DNA of 64,000 bases from Gemmatimonadota bacterium (GTDB lineage Bacteria; Gemmatimonadota; Gemmatimonadetes; Longimicrobiales; Gaopeijiaceae), in NCBI GenBank assembly GCA_034521595.1, contig JAXHMG010000003.1, positions 352,001 to 416,000 on the forward strand, given 5' to 3'. The notes below the pieces were generated by a model, which made no database searches, was not told the origin of the DNA, and was given only the letters and a program-made list of their open reading frames with translations. Numbering within the stretch: position 1 is the first letter of the stretch; each line of letters opens with the position of its first letter. Both the position numbers and the translations under genes were made by a program. This document shows, piece after piece, positions 28,923 through 38,447 of this stretch.

Positions 28923-29411
28923 CTACTCGCTCCCTGGAAGCGTGTCGGCGCCCGCCCCTTCCGCGACGGCCCGCGGGAACTCGAGCATGAAGAGGATCAG
29001 CCGCCGCTTTCCCCAGAACACCTGTCCCAGGTAGAGGCCCTCTCCGACCCGCCGGATCTCGTCCCGGATCATCCGCACCAGGAACGAGCTCTTCGAGTAG
29101 TCGAGGATGATTGCCTGCCCCTCTGCGAACCAGCTTTCGGAGGGGTAGACCTCCGCCCGGAAGAGCGGCACGGAGAAGGGGCTGATGAGGTTCTTCAGGG
29201 ACGTGCCCTCGCCATCGGTTCGGAAGGTCTTGCCTCGCCAGATCAGGAGGTGGATCAGCCCGCCGATGACCCGGTCGACGGCGGTGCCCGGGAACACGAG
29301 CGCGCTGCCTCGAGCCCGTCCATTGGGCACGGGCCCGGGTGGGCTCGCGCGGAAGAGCTCGTCGAGCTCCTGGCGGGACATGTTCCGGAGATCCCGCGCC
29401 GCGACGGTCAT
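28923..29411 (-). CDS. Small hypothetical protein (about 162 aa, predicted beta-rich)
   Basis: ATGA overlap with the peroxidase stop and GGAGGAG RBS. Motifs ELDELF..G.P.G, WRGKTF, IILDYS, IRDEIRRV..GLYLG. Confidence 0.8.
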   Translation of the reverse strand: MTVAARDLRNMSRQELDELFRASPPGPVPNGRARGSALVFPGTAVDRVIGGLIHLLIWRGKTFRTDGEGTSLKNLISPFSVPLFRAEVYPSESWFAEGQAIILDYSKSSFLVRMIRDEIRRVGEGLYLGQVFWGKRRLILFMLEFPRAVAEGAGADTLPGSE

Positions 29412-32400
29412 GACTCCTCCGTGCAGGCCAGCGGCCCGTCTTCCCATCCGGCGAAGGCGGGGTCTGACTCGGCTCCGGGTCGGGGCTTCCAATCCAGGCA
29501 GTAGAACTCCCCGCGATCGCGAGCCCACGGATCGAAGACGTTGATGACGCCTTCGAGCTGATCTTCCAACTCGGGAATCGTGCGGAGAAGCACCCGCTTG
29601 AGGGGAGAGACCTCGTAGTCCTCGTAGCCGTTCGGGGCTCCGGGCTCGTAGCGCTTCTCACCGGGGCCGTTGTTCCTGACCCAATGATGTCCGAGGGTGG
29701 AGTAGAACTCGGGCCGGAAGCTCGAGGTGAAGAACCGGTCGCTGAAGAGGCGGCGTGATGCGTTCAGGATGAAGACCTGGAACTGGGTCTCGGAGATCGC
29801 GAAGCCGTGCGGCCGCTCCAGGGGCTTCTCGGCCAGCCAGCCGACCACGGCGTCCACGTCCTCGACGTTGTCCACCTCGGTCCCGTCGGGGAATCCGAGA
29901 CAATCGTCGATGGGGTTCCCTTCGGCGTCCACCTGGGCTTCGGTGATGACTTTGGTGCTGTCACAGACGTGGGTGCCGTAGATCTCGCGCAGGGTCTCGG
30001 CGTGCTCGGGACCGGCCAGCTCTTCGAAGCTCCGGAACGACCGGAGCCCGTACTGACGTCGAAACTCGTTGAAGCGCGGCACGCCCCGCTCCCGGTCGCG
30101 GAGAATGTCGAGCGCGGCCACGTCGATCTGGCCGGTCTCGCTCTCGAGTCGGGGAATCCGGAGGTTCTGGAGAAAGCGCGGGTGGTTGTCGAGGCTGAGC
30201 AGGCCGAGCCGTTGCCGGCCCATGCTCAGGGCCCAGTTGGAGATGCCTCGCTCCCGCATTGCCCGGGTCGCCCCCTGCCGGACCGTCTCCACCACCGGGA
30301 TCCGCGTCTGGATCGCGTTGGGGTCCTCGTCGACCTCCCGGTATTCGATGAGGTCGGGCACCAGCGGATGCAGCCGGTAAACCGTGATGAACTCCTCGGG
30401 GAAGTTGAACGGGGATCCGAAGTGGGTGACGCCTCGGTTGACGTCTCGGGGATCGTCCATGCTCCAATCGGGATCGTCGAGACGACTGCCCATGCCCACG
30501 ATGCCGGAGCCCGACGCGAACAGGGACACCAGGAGGTTGGACTTGTCGGGGTTCCGGGACTCGGCCAGACCCTGCCGAATCTCCTCGGAGATCCGGGACA
30601 TGCTCGACCCTTCCTCGAACAGGCCGGTCCAGTTCGCGTTCATCGCCCGATAGAGCGGGTCGTTGTAGAGGAGCTGGGTCGTCCACTCGATCGTGTGGAT
30701 CTTGGCGATCTCGGCCGCCACGACCAGTCGGGCGGCCTGGTAGAGCTCCTCGTCGGTGACGTCGGCGTAGGTGACGACCTCGTTCGGCGCGCCGGGGCGG
30801 CGCAGCCCCGAATCGTTGTCCGGAGAGAGGCGAACCGAGTCGCGGAAGTGGTCCACGAAGACGTTGTGCTCCCGGACGAACAGGTTGTGGAAGAAGCTCA
30901 GACCGACGTTGAAGTTGTCCGGGAAGGCGACCGCCTCCTGTCCTTGCCACATGGGCAGCCCGGGATCGTCGGAATCCAGGGTGGGCAGGTAGCCGAGCCC
31001 GTCCTCGACGCGCGAGCTCCCCGAGCGGTCGACCATGAGGAGCTTCGCCGGATCGGAGGGGTCACGCTTCACCCGCTGGGCCGAGGTCTCGTCGTATCCG
31101 TAGATCTGGGAGGCGTCCCACCATGCGGTCACCGTGTTGTTCGTGGTCTTGTAGGCCCGAGCGAGCCGTTCTTCACCGTCCCGTTCGAAGGTGGGCGGCG
31201 GGCCGTCCTCGGCGATGCGGGAGGCGTCGATCCGGTCGCCGGGCCTGCATCCGACTTCCTCCGCGTCGTCTTCGCTACAGCCCACGGCCATCCATTCACC
31301 CGGCCGGTTCTGCCCTTCGTCCAGGTGGGAGAACCAGTCATGGGTCATGAACTGGATCCAGAAGGCGGCCAACACGTTGAAGAAGGGAGCCTTCGTGTAG
31401 TCGCAGCTTGCGTCTTCCTGCCGGCCGGGGAGGCCCTGACCGTCGTTGCACCGATCCGGCTCCTCCTGGGGCCGCGTGAAGAGCTTCCGGCTGATGACCT
31501 GCGGATCGGGCGTGAGCAGGTCGAGGCGGTCACCGTGACGGTTGCGCACGAGTCGCCGTGCCGGGAGGTCGTCCGTCGTGGAATCTTCGAGGGCGGGGAA
31601 GGTGGTTTCGAACTGGACGTTGCGGGCGAAGGGCGTCCCGGACGACCCCATGGCCGGGTTCAGGACGTCGTTGCAGATGCCCGTGAGGGTTCGGGCCCGG
31701 ATCAACTCCCCTCGGCACCGCTGCACTCCCTCGCCACCGACGTCCTGGTAGCGTGGATGCGCCGAGTCGAGTCGCATGGCCAGGGGCCACCATTGGAGAG
31801 AAGGCCCGGGGTCGCCACCGCGTCCGAGCGCGTACTCGGGGTAGGTGCCGGTGTTGTCGAAGAGGTTGAACTGGATCAGCTCCAGACGCTGGTACTCCAG
31901 GTCCATGAGCGCACCGTCCAGCCCCCGTCCGTCGCGCTCCAAGCGGTGGGGGAGGAGCGGGTCGAGCCAGGTGTCGGATCGTGAGTTGGCGTCGGCGGTG
32001 CCGAAGTACGTGCGCCAGTCGACCCAGGGTGTCGATCGCGCTGCGACCGCGGCCTCACCGCCACGACACCGCGCGGCCGGGACGCCGACTTTTCCCAGGA
32101 AGCGTTCGCTCCGGTCATCGGCCACCTCCCGGAGCCCGCTGTCGACCAGATCGAAGCAGGCCTGGATGGAGGCGCCGTAGCTCGCGTACGCCGCGACGCC
32201 GAGGACCGGGAGCGCGAGACCGAAGCCGAGGGCCAGCTTCCGGGCGAGCACGAACTCCATGGGGGATTCGGCATGGTCCGGCGCACCGGTCCAAAGGGCC
32301 CAGCCCCATCCCACGAGGCCCAGGCTGAGGACCACGCCGCCCAGGACGGCGACGACCCACGGCACGGGCCCCACGGGCTCCGTGGGGAGGTTGGTGGCCA

Positions 32401-32893
32401 CGACCCCCACCACGACGAGCAGGCTCCCCCAACGCGGCAGGACGCCGGCCCGAAAGGCGACGACGCCCATCCAGACGAAGCCCACGACCAGAAAGACGCG
32501 TGCGGCGAGGATGGGGCCGAGCGCCAGCGGATGGGTGAACATCGCGCCTCCACTGGCCACGAAGGTCGGTGCTTCGAAGGCGATGGCCGGCCAGAGGAAG
32601 GTGCTGCTCATTCCCGTGCCGACGAAAAGCGCCGTTCCCAGGAAGGCGAGGAGGAAGCCCACGAGGCCCGCGACTCCCGCGCGTTCGCGTTCCCTCAGGT
32701 ACAGCCCCGGCAGGCCGACCAGGAGCAGCAGCGCCCCGACGAAGTGGAACGCGTGGGAGGCGAACCACTGCGGCGTGGTGGCCACGGCGCCGGTCCGTTC
32801 CGCCCACGGGTGGATCAACATGTAGGCAGCGATCGCCAGTCCACCCAGCGCGACGGCTGCACCACTCCAACGGATCAACTTTCGCTCGGACAT
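29408..32893 (-). CDS. Heme peroxidase-cyclooxygenase family, alpha-dioxygenase-like, fused to an N-terminal multi-TM domain
   Basis: WIQFMTHDW (distal His), TAWWDASQIYG, IAKIHTIEWT, EEFITVYRLHPL (catalytic Tyr and proximal His), RDRERGVPRFNEFRR, GFAISET..ASRRLFSDRFFT. The first about 210 aa form a polytopic membrane domain. Confidence 0.88.
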   Translation of the reverse strand: MSERKLIRWSGAAVALGGLAIAAYMLIHPWAERTGAVATTPQWFASHAFHFVGALLLLVGLPGLYLRERERAGVAGLVGFLLAFLGTALFVGTGMSSTFLWPAIAFEAPTFVASGGAMFTHPLALGPILAARVFLVVGFVWMGVVAFRAGVLPRWGSLLVVVGVVATNLPTEPVGPVPWVVAVLGGVVLSLGLVGWGWALWTGAPDHAESPMEFVLARKLALGFGLALPVLGVAAYASYGASIQACFDLVDSGLREVADDRSERFLGKVGVPAARCRGGEAAVAARSTPWVDWRTYFGTADANSRSDTWLDPLLPHRLERDGRGLDGALMDLEYQRLELIQFNLFDNTGTYPEYALGRGGDPGPSLQWWPLAMRLDSAHPRYQDVGGEGVQRCRGELIRARTLTGICNDVLNPAMGSSGTPFARNVQFETTFPALEDSTTDDLPARRLVRNRHGDRLDLLTPDPQVISRKLFTRPQEEPDRCNDGQGLPGRQEDASCDYTKAPFFNVLAAFWIQFMTHDWFSHLDEGQNRPGEWMAVGCSEDDAEEVGCRPGDRIDASRIAEDGPPPTFERDGEERLARAYKTTNNTVTAWWDASQIYGYDETSAQRVKRDPSDPAKLLMVDRSGSSRVEDGLGYLPTLDSDDPGLPMWQGQEAVAFPDNFNVGLSFFHNLFVREHNVFVDHFRDSVRLSPDNDSGLRRPGAPNEVVTYADVTDEELYQAARLVVAAEIAKIHTIEWTTQLLYNDPLYRAMNANWTGLFEEGSSMSRISEEIRQGLAESRNPDKSNLLVSLFASGSGIVGMGSRLDDPDWSMDDPRDVNRGVTHFGSPFNFPEEFITVYRLHPLVPDLIEYREVDEDPNAIQTRIPVVETVRQGATRAMRERGISNWALSMGRQRLGLLSLDNHPRFLQNLRIPRLESETGQIDVAALDILRDRERGVPRFNEFRRQYGLRSFRSFEELAGPEHAETLREIYGTHVCDSTKVITEAQVDAEGNPIDDCLGFPDGTEVDNVEDVDAVVGWLAEKPLERPHGFAISETQFQVFILNASRRLFSDRFFTSSFRPEFYSTLGHHWVRNNGPGEKRYEPGAPNGYEDYEVSPLKRVLLRTIPELEDQLEGVINVFDPWARDRGEFYCLDWKPRPGAESDPAFAGWEDGPLACTEES

Positions 32894-33327
32894 TTCGCAT
32901 TCCGGGTGGTTCGGTCGGAACCGGGGTGGGGGGGTGACCCCGGCGACCGGAAGAGAACAAAGCATGTTGTACGAACATCGAGCCCGTGCGACTGACCAGG
33001 CTGCGCATGACGCCTCACCGGCTCAACCCCCAACATGGACCGCTCGCCCCGGACTGCGCAACGACCATGTGTCGACGGTCGCCGACGGCTCCGGCACCGA
33101 GCCTCTCGACACGCGAAGGCCCGTCCGACCTCGACGAGTCTTGCCATCGGAAGGCACCGCCGCGCAGCTCTTCGGCAGGTCGAATTGGCTTCCGCGACCT
33201 GTGCCGGCGGCCGTCGATCCGTGGCGACGTCGACGGTGGCGGCGTGCGGATGGGTGGGATCCGTTGGTGAGTCAGCTCGGCGAGATCGAGACGGAGGTCC
33301 GAAGCTGCGGAGGATGCCCGCGCCGGC

Positions 33328-33759
33328 TCACGTCAACTCCCGGATGCGGGCTCGAAGGTCCGGCGGGAGCGGTGCTTTCTCCGCGCGTCCATAGTCGTAT
33401 GCGACGATCACTCCTTCGCCGGTTGCCGCCACCGCGTCCTGGGTCCTGCTCACGATCAGGTACTCGTGCGTGAATCGGTCCTCTTGGATGTCCGCGGCAC
33501 GGACCCCGACCCGGACGGTATCGGGATACCCCAGTGGGCGTCGGAACCGGCAGCTCGTGGACGCGAGGATCGGGCCGACGCCGGCGTGCCCCCGGAAGTC
33601 GACGGCGTCGAAGAAGGCGATCCGCGCCACCTCGAAGAGGCGGAAGAACACGGTGTTGTTGACGTGCCCGAAGGCGTCCATGTCCCCCCACCGGATGGGC
33701 ACGTCGACCACGATCGGGTAGGCGTCGAGCTCGGCGCGGGGCGGGCTCGGTTCAATCAT
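33328..33759 (-). CDS. Hotdog acyl-CoA/ACP thioesterase (4HBT/FadM-like)
   Basis: RWGDMDAFGHVNNTVFFRLFEVAR signature. Confidence 0.92.
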   Translation of the reverse strand: MIEPSPPRAELDAYPIVVDVPIRWGDMDAFGHVNNTVFFRLFEVARIAFFDAVDFRGHAGVGPILASTSCRFRRPLGYPDTVRVGVRAADIQEDRFTHEYLIVSRTQDAVAATGEGVIVAYDYGRAEKAPLPPDLRARIRELT

Positions 33760-33771
33760 GCGCCATCGAGC

Positions 33772-34767
33772 TCAGGCCTTCTCTCCGTACAGCCACGAGA
33801 AGGGCCGGGGCTCCCGCGCCTTGCCCTTCTTTCGCTCGTCGACCTTGCGGATCCGAGCGGGGAGCCCGCACAGGACATCCTGCATCCGTGCCGCTTCACC
33901 CGTCACCGATCGGTGCTCGATGGAAAGCTTCTCATTCAGCGTTTCGAGGATGTTCGCGTAGTCGCTGGCGGTATAAATCCCGAGGTCTTCGGCGAGGTCG
34001 GCGTAGATCTCGAAGAGCTCCGGCGGGGGCGTTTGGCCGTCGGTCATGAGGCGTGCCGGCATCACCAGGCCCGACCGCATGAGCTTGCCGTAGGTGACCA
34101 TGAGGCCCTCCGGGTCCTGCTCGAACGCGGCGTTGACCACGCCGAGGTAGAAGGTGCCGTGACGGTGCTCGTCGCCGGCGATGTTCCGGCACATCTGAGC
34201 AAGGTATTCGTCGCCCTGCTCCAAGGCGAGACGCGCGGTGTTGACGTGTGAGACCCGTGTCGCGGGCTCCTGGAACATCGGGTACAAGATTCCGCCGTAG
34301 AGCGTCGGTTGATACTCGACGCCGTTCTTGATGAACCCGTAGATCGTCCGGTCGACGGCCTGCATATTCACCCGGCCGGTCAGCATCAGGTACTGGTGGA
34401 GCACCGATCCGTGTTGGTCCTCCTCGGCGCTCCATCCGCGCTGCCAGACGGCCCATGGGCTATCGGAGACGCCGGTCCTGTCGGGGAAGAGCGTGGCGAA
34501 CATCGAAGAGAAGTTCGGAAGCCCCTCCTCCGTGATGATGTTGCCGGTCAGTCCGGCCAGGAGGCCCGGGTGGAGCGAGCGGGCCTGGGTTCGCAGCTCT
34601 TCGAGTCGATCATGGTAGTCTTCCCGCTCCATGAAGTCGAAGTAGTCGGCTGCCCACCAGCGCTTCGTGTCGTGGGTCGTGAGGTATTTGAGGTGGTCTT
34701 CTACCACTCCCTCGATGGATTCGAGGACTTCACGTTCGTGCGGATCGTATGCGTCGGCGTCGGCCAA
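33772..34767 (-). CDS. Soluble di-iron acyl-ACP desaturase (DesA-like)
   Basis: ITEEGLP, WSAEEDQH, FQEPAT..SH, IAGDEHRH, VMPARLM. TTG start. Confidence 0.9.
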   Translation of the reverse strand: MADADAYDPHEREVLESIEGVVEDHLKYLTTHDTKRWWAADYFDFMEREDYHDRLEELRTQARSLHPGLLAGLTGNIITEEGLPNFSSMFATLFPDRTGVSDSPWAVWQRGWSAEEDQHGSVLHQYLMLTGRVNMQAVDRTIYGFIKNGVEYQPTLYGGILYPMFQEPATRVSHVNTARLALEQGDEYLAQMCRNIAGDEHRHGTFYLGVVNAAFEQDPEGLMVTYGKLMRSGLVMPARLMTDGQTPPPELFEIYADLAEDLGIYTASDYANILETLNEKLSIEHRSVTGEAARMQDVLCGLPARIRKVDERKKGKAREPRPFSWLYGEKA

Positions 34768-34899
34768 TGGATCTTCCAGGGGGGGTGGCAGCCTCGCTCC
34801 CGAGGTGGCGAGGCATCACTGTACGTTAAGGTGCCCCGCCCCGCGGCGACAACCTCGTGGCCGACAACCCCCTACGAGGCACGGGTGCGTCCGGCGCCC

Positions 34900-35319
34900 T
34901 CAGCCGCCGGCGAGCTCGGGCTCGTCTCCGCGAACCCGTGACGGGTCGATCACGAGCCGCGGATAGGTTACGCGGGACGCCCACGAGGCGCGGTGTCCTC
35001 TCGGCGCCTCCTCCGCCTGGGCTCGGTCCCGCAGCTCGCGGGCGCTTCGACGAAGCGTCACCACATCGATTCCGAGATATTCCGGGGGATAGGGAGCCAG
35101 AGCCCGCTCGGCTTTTCTCAGCTGTGCCGCGATCCCGTGTGTGTTGTCCCGCTGAACGTGCACGAAGGCGCTCGCGAGCAGGATCAATCCATGATAAAAC
35201 CGGCTTCCGCTCGCTCGCCAGGAACTCTCGAGCACCTCGTGGCTCTCCCAGAACTCCTGGCGGTTGAATAGGTCGATGAAGCGGGTCAGGGCCGCAGGAA
35301 GATCCGCTTCGTCAGCCAT
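34900..35319 (-). CDS. DUF309 family protein
   Basis: LFNRQEFWESHEVLESSW...GLILLASAFVH. GGAGG RBS before ATG 35319. Confidence 0.85.
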   Translation of the reverse strand: MADEADLPAALTRFIDLFNRQEFWESHEVLESSWRASGSRFYHGLILLASAFVHVQRDNTHGIAAQLRKAERALAPYPPEYLGIDVVTLRRSARELRDRAQAEEAPRGHRASWASRVTYPRLVIDPSRVRGDEPELAGG

Positions 35320-35342
35320 CGGACATCCTCCGCGCCGGCCGG

Positions 35343-35699
35343 TCAGACGACTCCGCGTATCAGCCACTCGCCGAGGCTTCCCAGCACCGACATCATCAGC
35401 GCGCCCCCCAGTGCCCAACCGAAGCTGTCGATCTTTAGGGCGTCGCTCAGCGCGTCGGTCATCTTCAGCAGAATGGCGTTGATGATCCAGCGCGTGAGGA
35501 ACGCCAGCAGGATCGCGATCCCCAAGGTTCCGATGGCGAAGATCGTGAAGAAGATCCAGCCCAGGAAAAAGTTCAGCACCCCGAAGATGGCCGCCACGAC
35601 GAACGCGCTGCCGAAGCTCTTGACGTGGAAACCGGGCAGAACGATTGCGGTGATCCAGACCGATACCGAGAGAATGACCCAGGTCAGCAGCAATCCCAT
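35343..35699 (-). CDS. 4-TM 'phage holin family' (DUF360/YvlD-like) membrane protein
   Basis: ITAIVLPGFHVKSFGSAFVVAAIFGVLN...IINAILLK...IDSFGWA pattern. Confidence 0.85.
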   Translation of the reverse strand: MGLLLTWVILSVSVWITAIVLPGFHVKSFGSAFVVAAIFGVLNFFLGWIFFTIFAIGTLGIAILLAFLTRWIINAILLKMTDALSDALKIDSFGWALGGALMMSVLGSLGEWLIRGVV

Positions 35700-35755
35700 G
35701 GCGGTGGCTCCTTGAAGAGGTGGGGGACTTGTGGATATCCGGCCGGGACCCGCGC

Positions 35756-37594
35756 TCAGGTCAGGGTCTGCTGTTCGCTTTCACCCATGGACGCGATCAC
35801 CTCCTCCTCATCGACCTTTGCCGGCTCCTGCTGCTCGGGTGTCATGAGCGCGACCACGGTCTGACCGGGCGCAGGGGTGAGCGTCGAGTCCGCGCTGAAG
35901 ACGCCCGCGAGACGTTTGTTTTCAATGAGGAAGATCGGTACGGCTTTGGTGCCGTGCGTGTCACGATAGTCTCGGAACGTGAACTGGTTCGTGAGCTGTG
36001 TGTTGCGGAACTCGCCGCCCGAGAGCATCCGCTCGGACATGACGGTGAAGCTGAACGTGGGTGAGACGAGCGTGCGTGCTCGGGAGCGGGTGGCCACGAA
36101 GTCGCCCCCGCTCGTCGGAGCAAGCTGAAAGACCCGCGAGCGGTCTCGTGATTCCACGGCGCGGATGGCGGCGAGCGTGTTGAACTCGTCGTTGGGCGTC
36201 GCGATGAGGAGGATGCTTTCGCTTTGGTCGTCGGCGTCGTCATCGAGCACGCTCGCGCGCACGGCGTTCAATCCTTCCATGCGCGCTTTGGTCAGCTCGG
36301 AGTGGTTGGTGGCGACCAGCTTGACTTCGACTCCCGTGGCCGCCACCGACTTCGCGAGCTCTCGGGCGACGGGGTTCGCCCCCACGATCTCGAGCCCGCC
36401 GGAACGGTCGTCCACCACCCCCAGAAGCCGGCCCACGTGCTTGGCGGTCAGCGAATAGAGCGCCACCGTGCCGATGATCACGAAGAACGTCAGGGGCACC
36501 AGACGGCCGGCGTCGGCGACGCCCTGTTCCTGCAACGGAATGGCGAAGACGGAGGCCACGGCCGCGGCGACGATCCCGCGAGGGGCCACCCAGCTCACGA
36601 ACAACCGTTCCCGAAGCGACATGTCCGATCCCTTGGTCGAGATCAGCACCGTCAACGGTCGTGCGACGAGCACCAGGACCGTCAGGAAGAGCGCCTCACG
36701 CCAACCCACGGCGGCGATGTCCTCGAAGCTGAGCCGGGCCGCCAGCACGATGAACAACCCCGCGATCAGGAGGTCACGGAGGGTTTCCTTGAAGGCGATG
36801 ATGCGGTCGACTCCGACGAAGTTCTGGTTCGCCAGAGCGATGCCCATGAGCGTGACGGCCAGAAGGCCCGACTCGGGCCTGATCAGGTCGGAGACGCTGA
36901 AGGCCGTGACGATGAACGCCAACGTGACGGATGCCTGGAGACGATCGGGAATCAGGTAGTTTTTGAGCAGGAGGACGACGAGCCCTGCCGTAACCAATCC
37001 GACCACGAGCCCCGAGCTGAGGGTGGCGATCGCGGCGCCGAACCCGCCGCTGAGCGATGCGCCCTGAGCGATGATGATGTCGAACACGATCACGGCGAGT
37101 GTCGCCCCGATCGGGTCGATGAGGATCCCCTCCCAGTTGAGAACCGTTCGAACCTTACGGGTCGGCCGGACCGACCTGAGCAGAGGACCCACCACCGTCG
37201 GGCCGGTCACGACGAGGATCGCGCCGAGGAGCACCGCGATCTCGATCGAAAGGTCGAGGATGAGGATGCCCGCGACCGTGATCACACCCCAGGTGACCAG
37301 GAGGCCGCTCGTGATCAAACGGCGCACGACCGCGTGGTGCCCGGTGACCTCGGAGACGGACAGCGTCATCCCCCCTTCGAACAGCACCACCGCGACCGCG
37401 AGCGGCACCAACACGAAGAAGAGGTCGCCGAACATCGCATCCGGGCGCACCAAGCCGGTGACCGGCCCGGCGATGAAGCCGAAGATCAGCAGGAGGAGGA
37501 TCGACGGCATCCGCAGCTTGGCGGAGATCCATTGCGCCCCGATCCCGAACGCGAAGATCGCCGCGATGCCGATGAGGAGGTCTGGGTGGCTCAA
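35756..37594 (-). CDS. CPA1 cation:proton antiporter (NhaP-like) with C-terminal RCK/TrkA-N-like domain
   Basis: LFEGG, LVVTGPTVV, WEGILIDPIGA, APRGIVAAA, IVGANP. Start uncertain (TTG 37594; ORF open to 37672). Confidence 0.9.
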   Translation of the reverse strand: MSHPDLLIGIAAIFAFGIGAQWISAKLRMPSILLLLIFGFIAGPVTGLVRPDAMFGDLFFVLVPLAVAVVLFEGGMTLSVSEVTGHHAVVRRLITSGLLVTWGVITVAGILILDLSIEIAVLLGAILVVTGPTVVGPLLRSVRPTRKVRTVLNWEGILIDPIGATLAVIVFDIIIAQGASLSGGFGAAIATLSSGLVVGLVTAGLVVLLLKNYLIPDRLQASVTLAFIVTAFSVSDLIRPESGLLAVTLMGIALANQNFVGVDRIIAFKETLRDLLIAGLFIVLAARLSFEDIAAVGWREALFLTVLVLVARPLTVLISTKGSDMSLRERLFVSWVAPRGIVAAAVASVFAIPLQEQGVADAGRLVPLTFFVIIGTVALYSLTAKHVGRLLGVVDDRSGGLEIVGANPVARELAKSVAATGVEVKLVATNHSELTKARMEGLNAVRASVLDDDADDQSESILLIATPNDEFNTLAAIRAVESRDRSRVFQLAPTSGGDFVATRSRARTLVSPTFSFTVMSERMLSGGEFRNTQLTNQFTFRDYRDTHGTKAVPIFLIENKRLAGVFSADSTLTPAPGQTVVALMTPEQQEPAKVDEEEVIASMGESEQQTLT

Positions 37595-37829
37595 CCGAAT
37601 CCGCCAGTGCCGGACAAGGGGAAGGATGGGGACTGTGAGTCCTAAGCTCTCGCGTTTCTCGTTGTAACGCAAAGCAGGGCGGAATGATCCCCGTCAGCGC
37701 GCACGAGGGGGGATCGTCTCCAGTCTTCGCGGGGCGGCTGGAAGTCACGGTGTTCGCCTCGTTATCATACGAATGGGCCGGTGTGGGCGTTCGGCTCTTC
37801 CGCTTCTCGATTCCGAGGTTGGTGGCACC

Positions 37830-38375
37830 ATGAGTAGACTCCTCTCCGTTCCGGCAGCGGTGCTCGTCACGGCTTTCACGGTCGTGGACGTGAGCGCGCA
37901 GCAGGATGGCCCGGAACCGCTCGACAGCATCCGCAACTTCCAGGTCGTCGACGACCGTCTCGCTTCGGCCGGTCAGATCGCCTACGACCAAGTTCCCCTC
38001 GTTCGGGAGCGCGGCTACGACGTCGTCATCAACCTGGCGGTGGCCGACGAGGAGCGGAACGGTCGGGAGGGCTTCCACGTGGCCAAGGAGGGTTTGACCT
38101 ACGTGCATATCCCCGTCGACTGGGAGGAGCCCCGGGTGGATGACGTCCGCGAGTTCTTCGACGTGATGGAGGCCAACCGGGACCGGAAGATCTTCGTGCA
38201 TTGCTTCGCGAACATGCGCGCCTCAGCCTTCGTTTACCTGTACCGGACGCTCGTGGAGGATGTCCCCGAGGCCGAGGCGCGGGCCACGTTGCATGCCGTC
38301 TGGGATCCGGCCGAGGAGGAACCGTGGGCGGATCTGATCGAGCGCGTGAAAGCGGAATACGCGACGGGCGGGTAG
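37830..38375 (+). CDS. Secreted DUF442/Blh-like Cys phosphatase-sulfurtransferase fold protein
   Basis: Signal peptide, LASAGQ, VINL, YVHIPV, active loop VHCFANMRAS (CX4R). Confidence 0.8.
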   Translation: MSRLLSVPAAVLVTAFTVVDVSAQQDGPEPLDSIRNFQVVDDRLASAGQIAYDQVPLVRERGYDVVINLAVADEERNGREGFHVAKEGLTYVHIPVDWEEPRVDDVREFFDVMEANRDRKIFVHCFANMRASAFVYLYRTLVEDVPEAEARATLHAVWDPAEEEPWADLIERVKAEYATGG

Positions 38376-38447
38376 GCGAGCGGCCGATGCTCGGTTAGCG
38401 TCTGCGACGAGCGAGGTCCGAAAACCATCCGACGATCCCGAAAGTCC

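Noticed and set aside
32980-33327. Small ORFs between the thioesterase and the dioxygenase
   Set aside because: Arg/Pro-rich translations without an RBS or motifs; treated as intergenic.
35343-35699. Prophage, suggested by the 'phage holin family' protein
   Set aside because: This 4-TM family is a common chromosomal gene, and no endolysin, integrase or structural genes are nearby.
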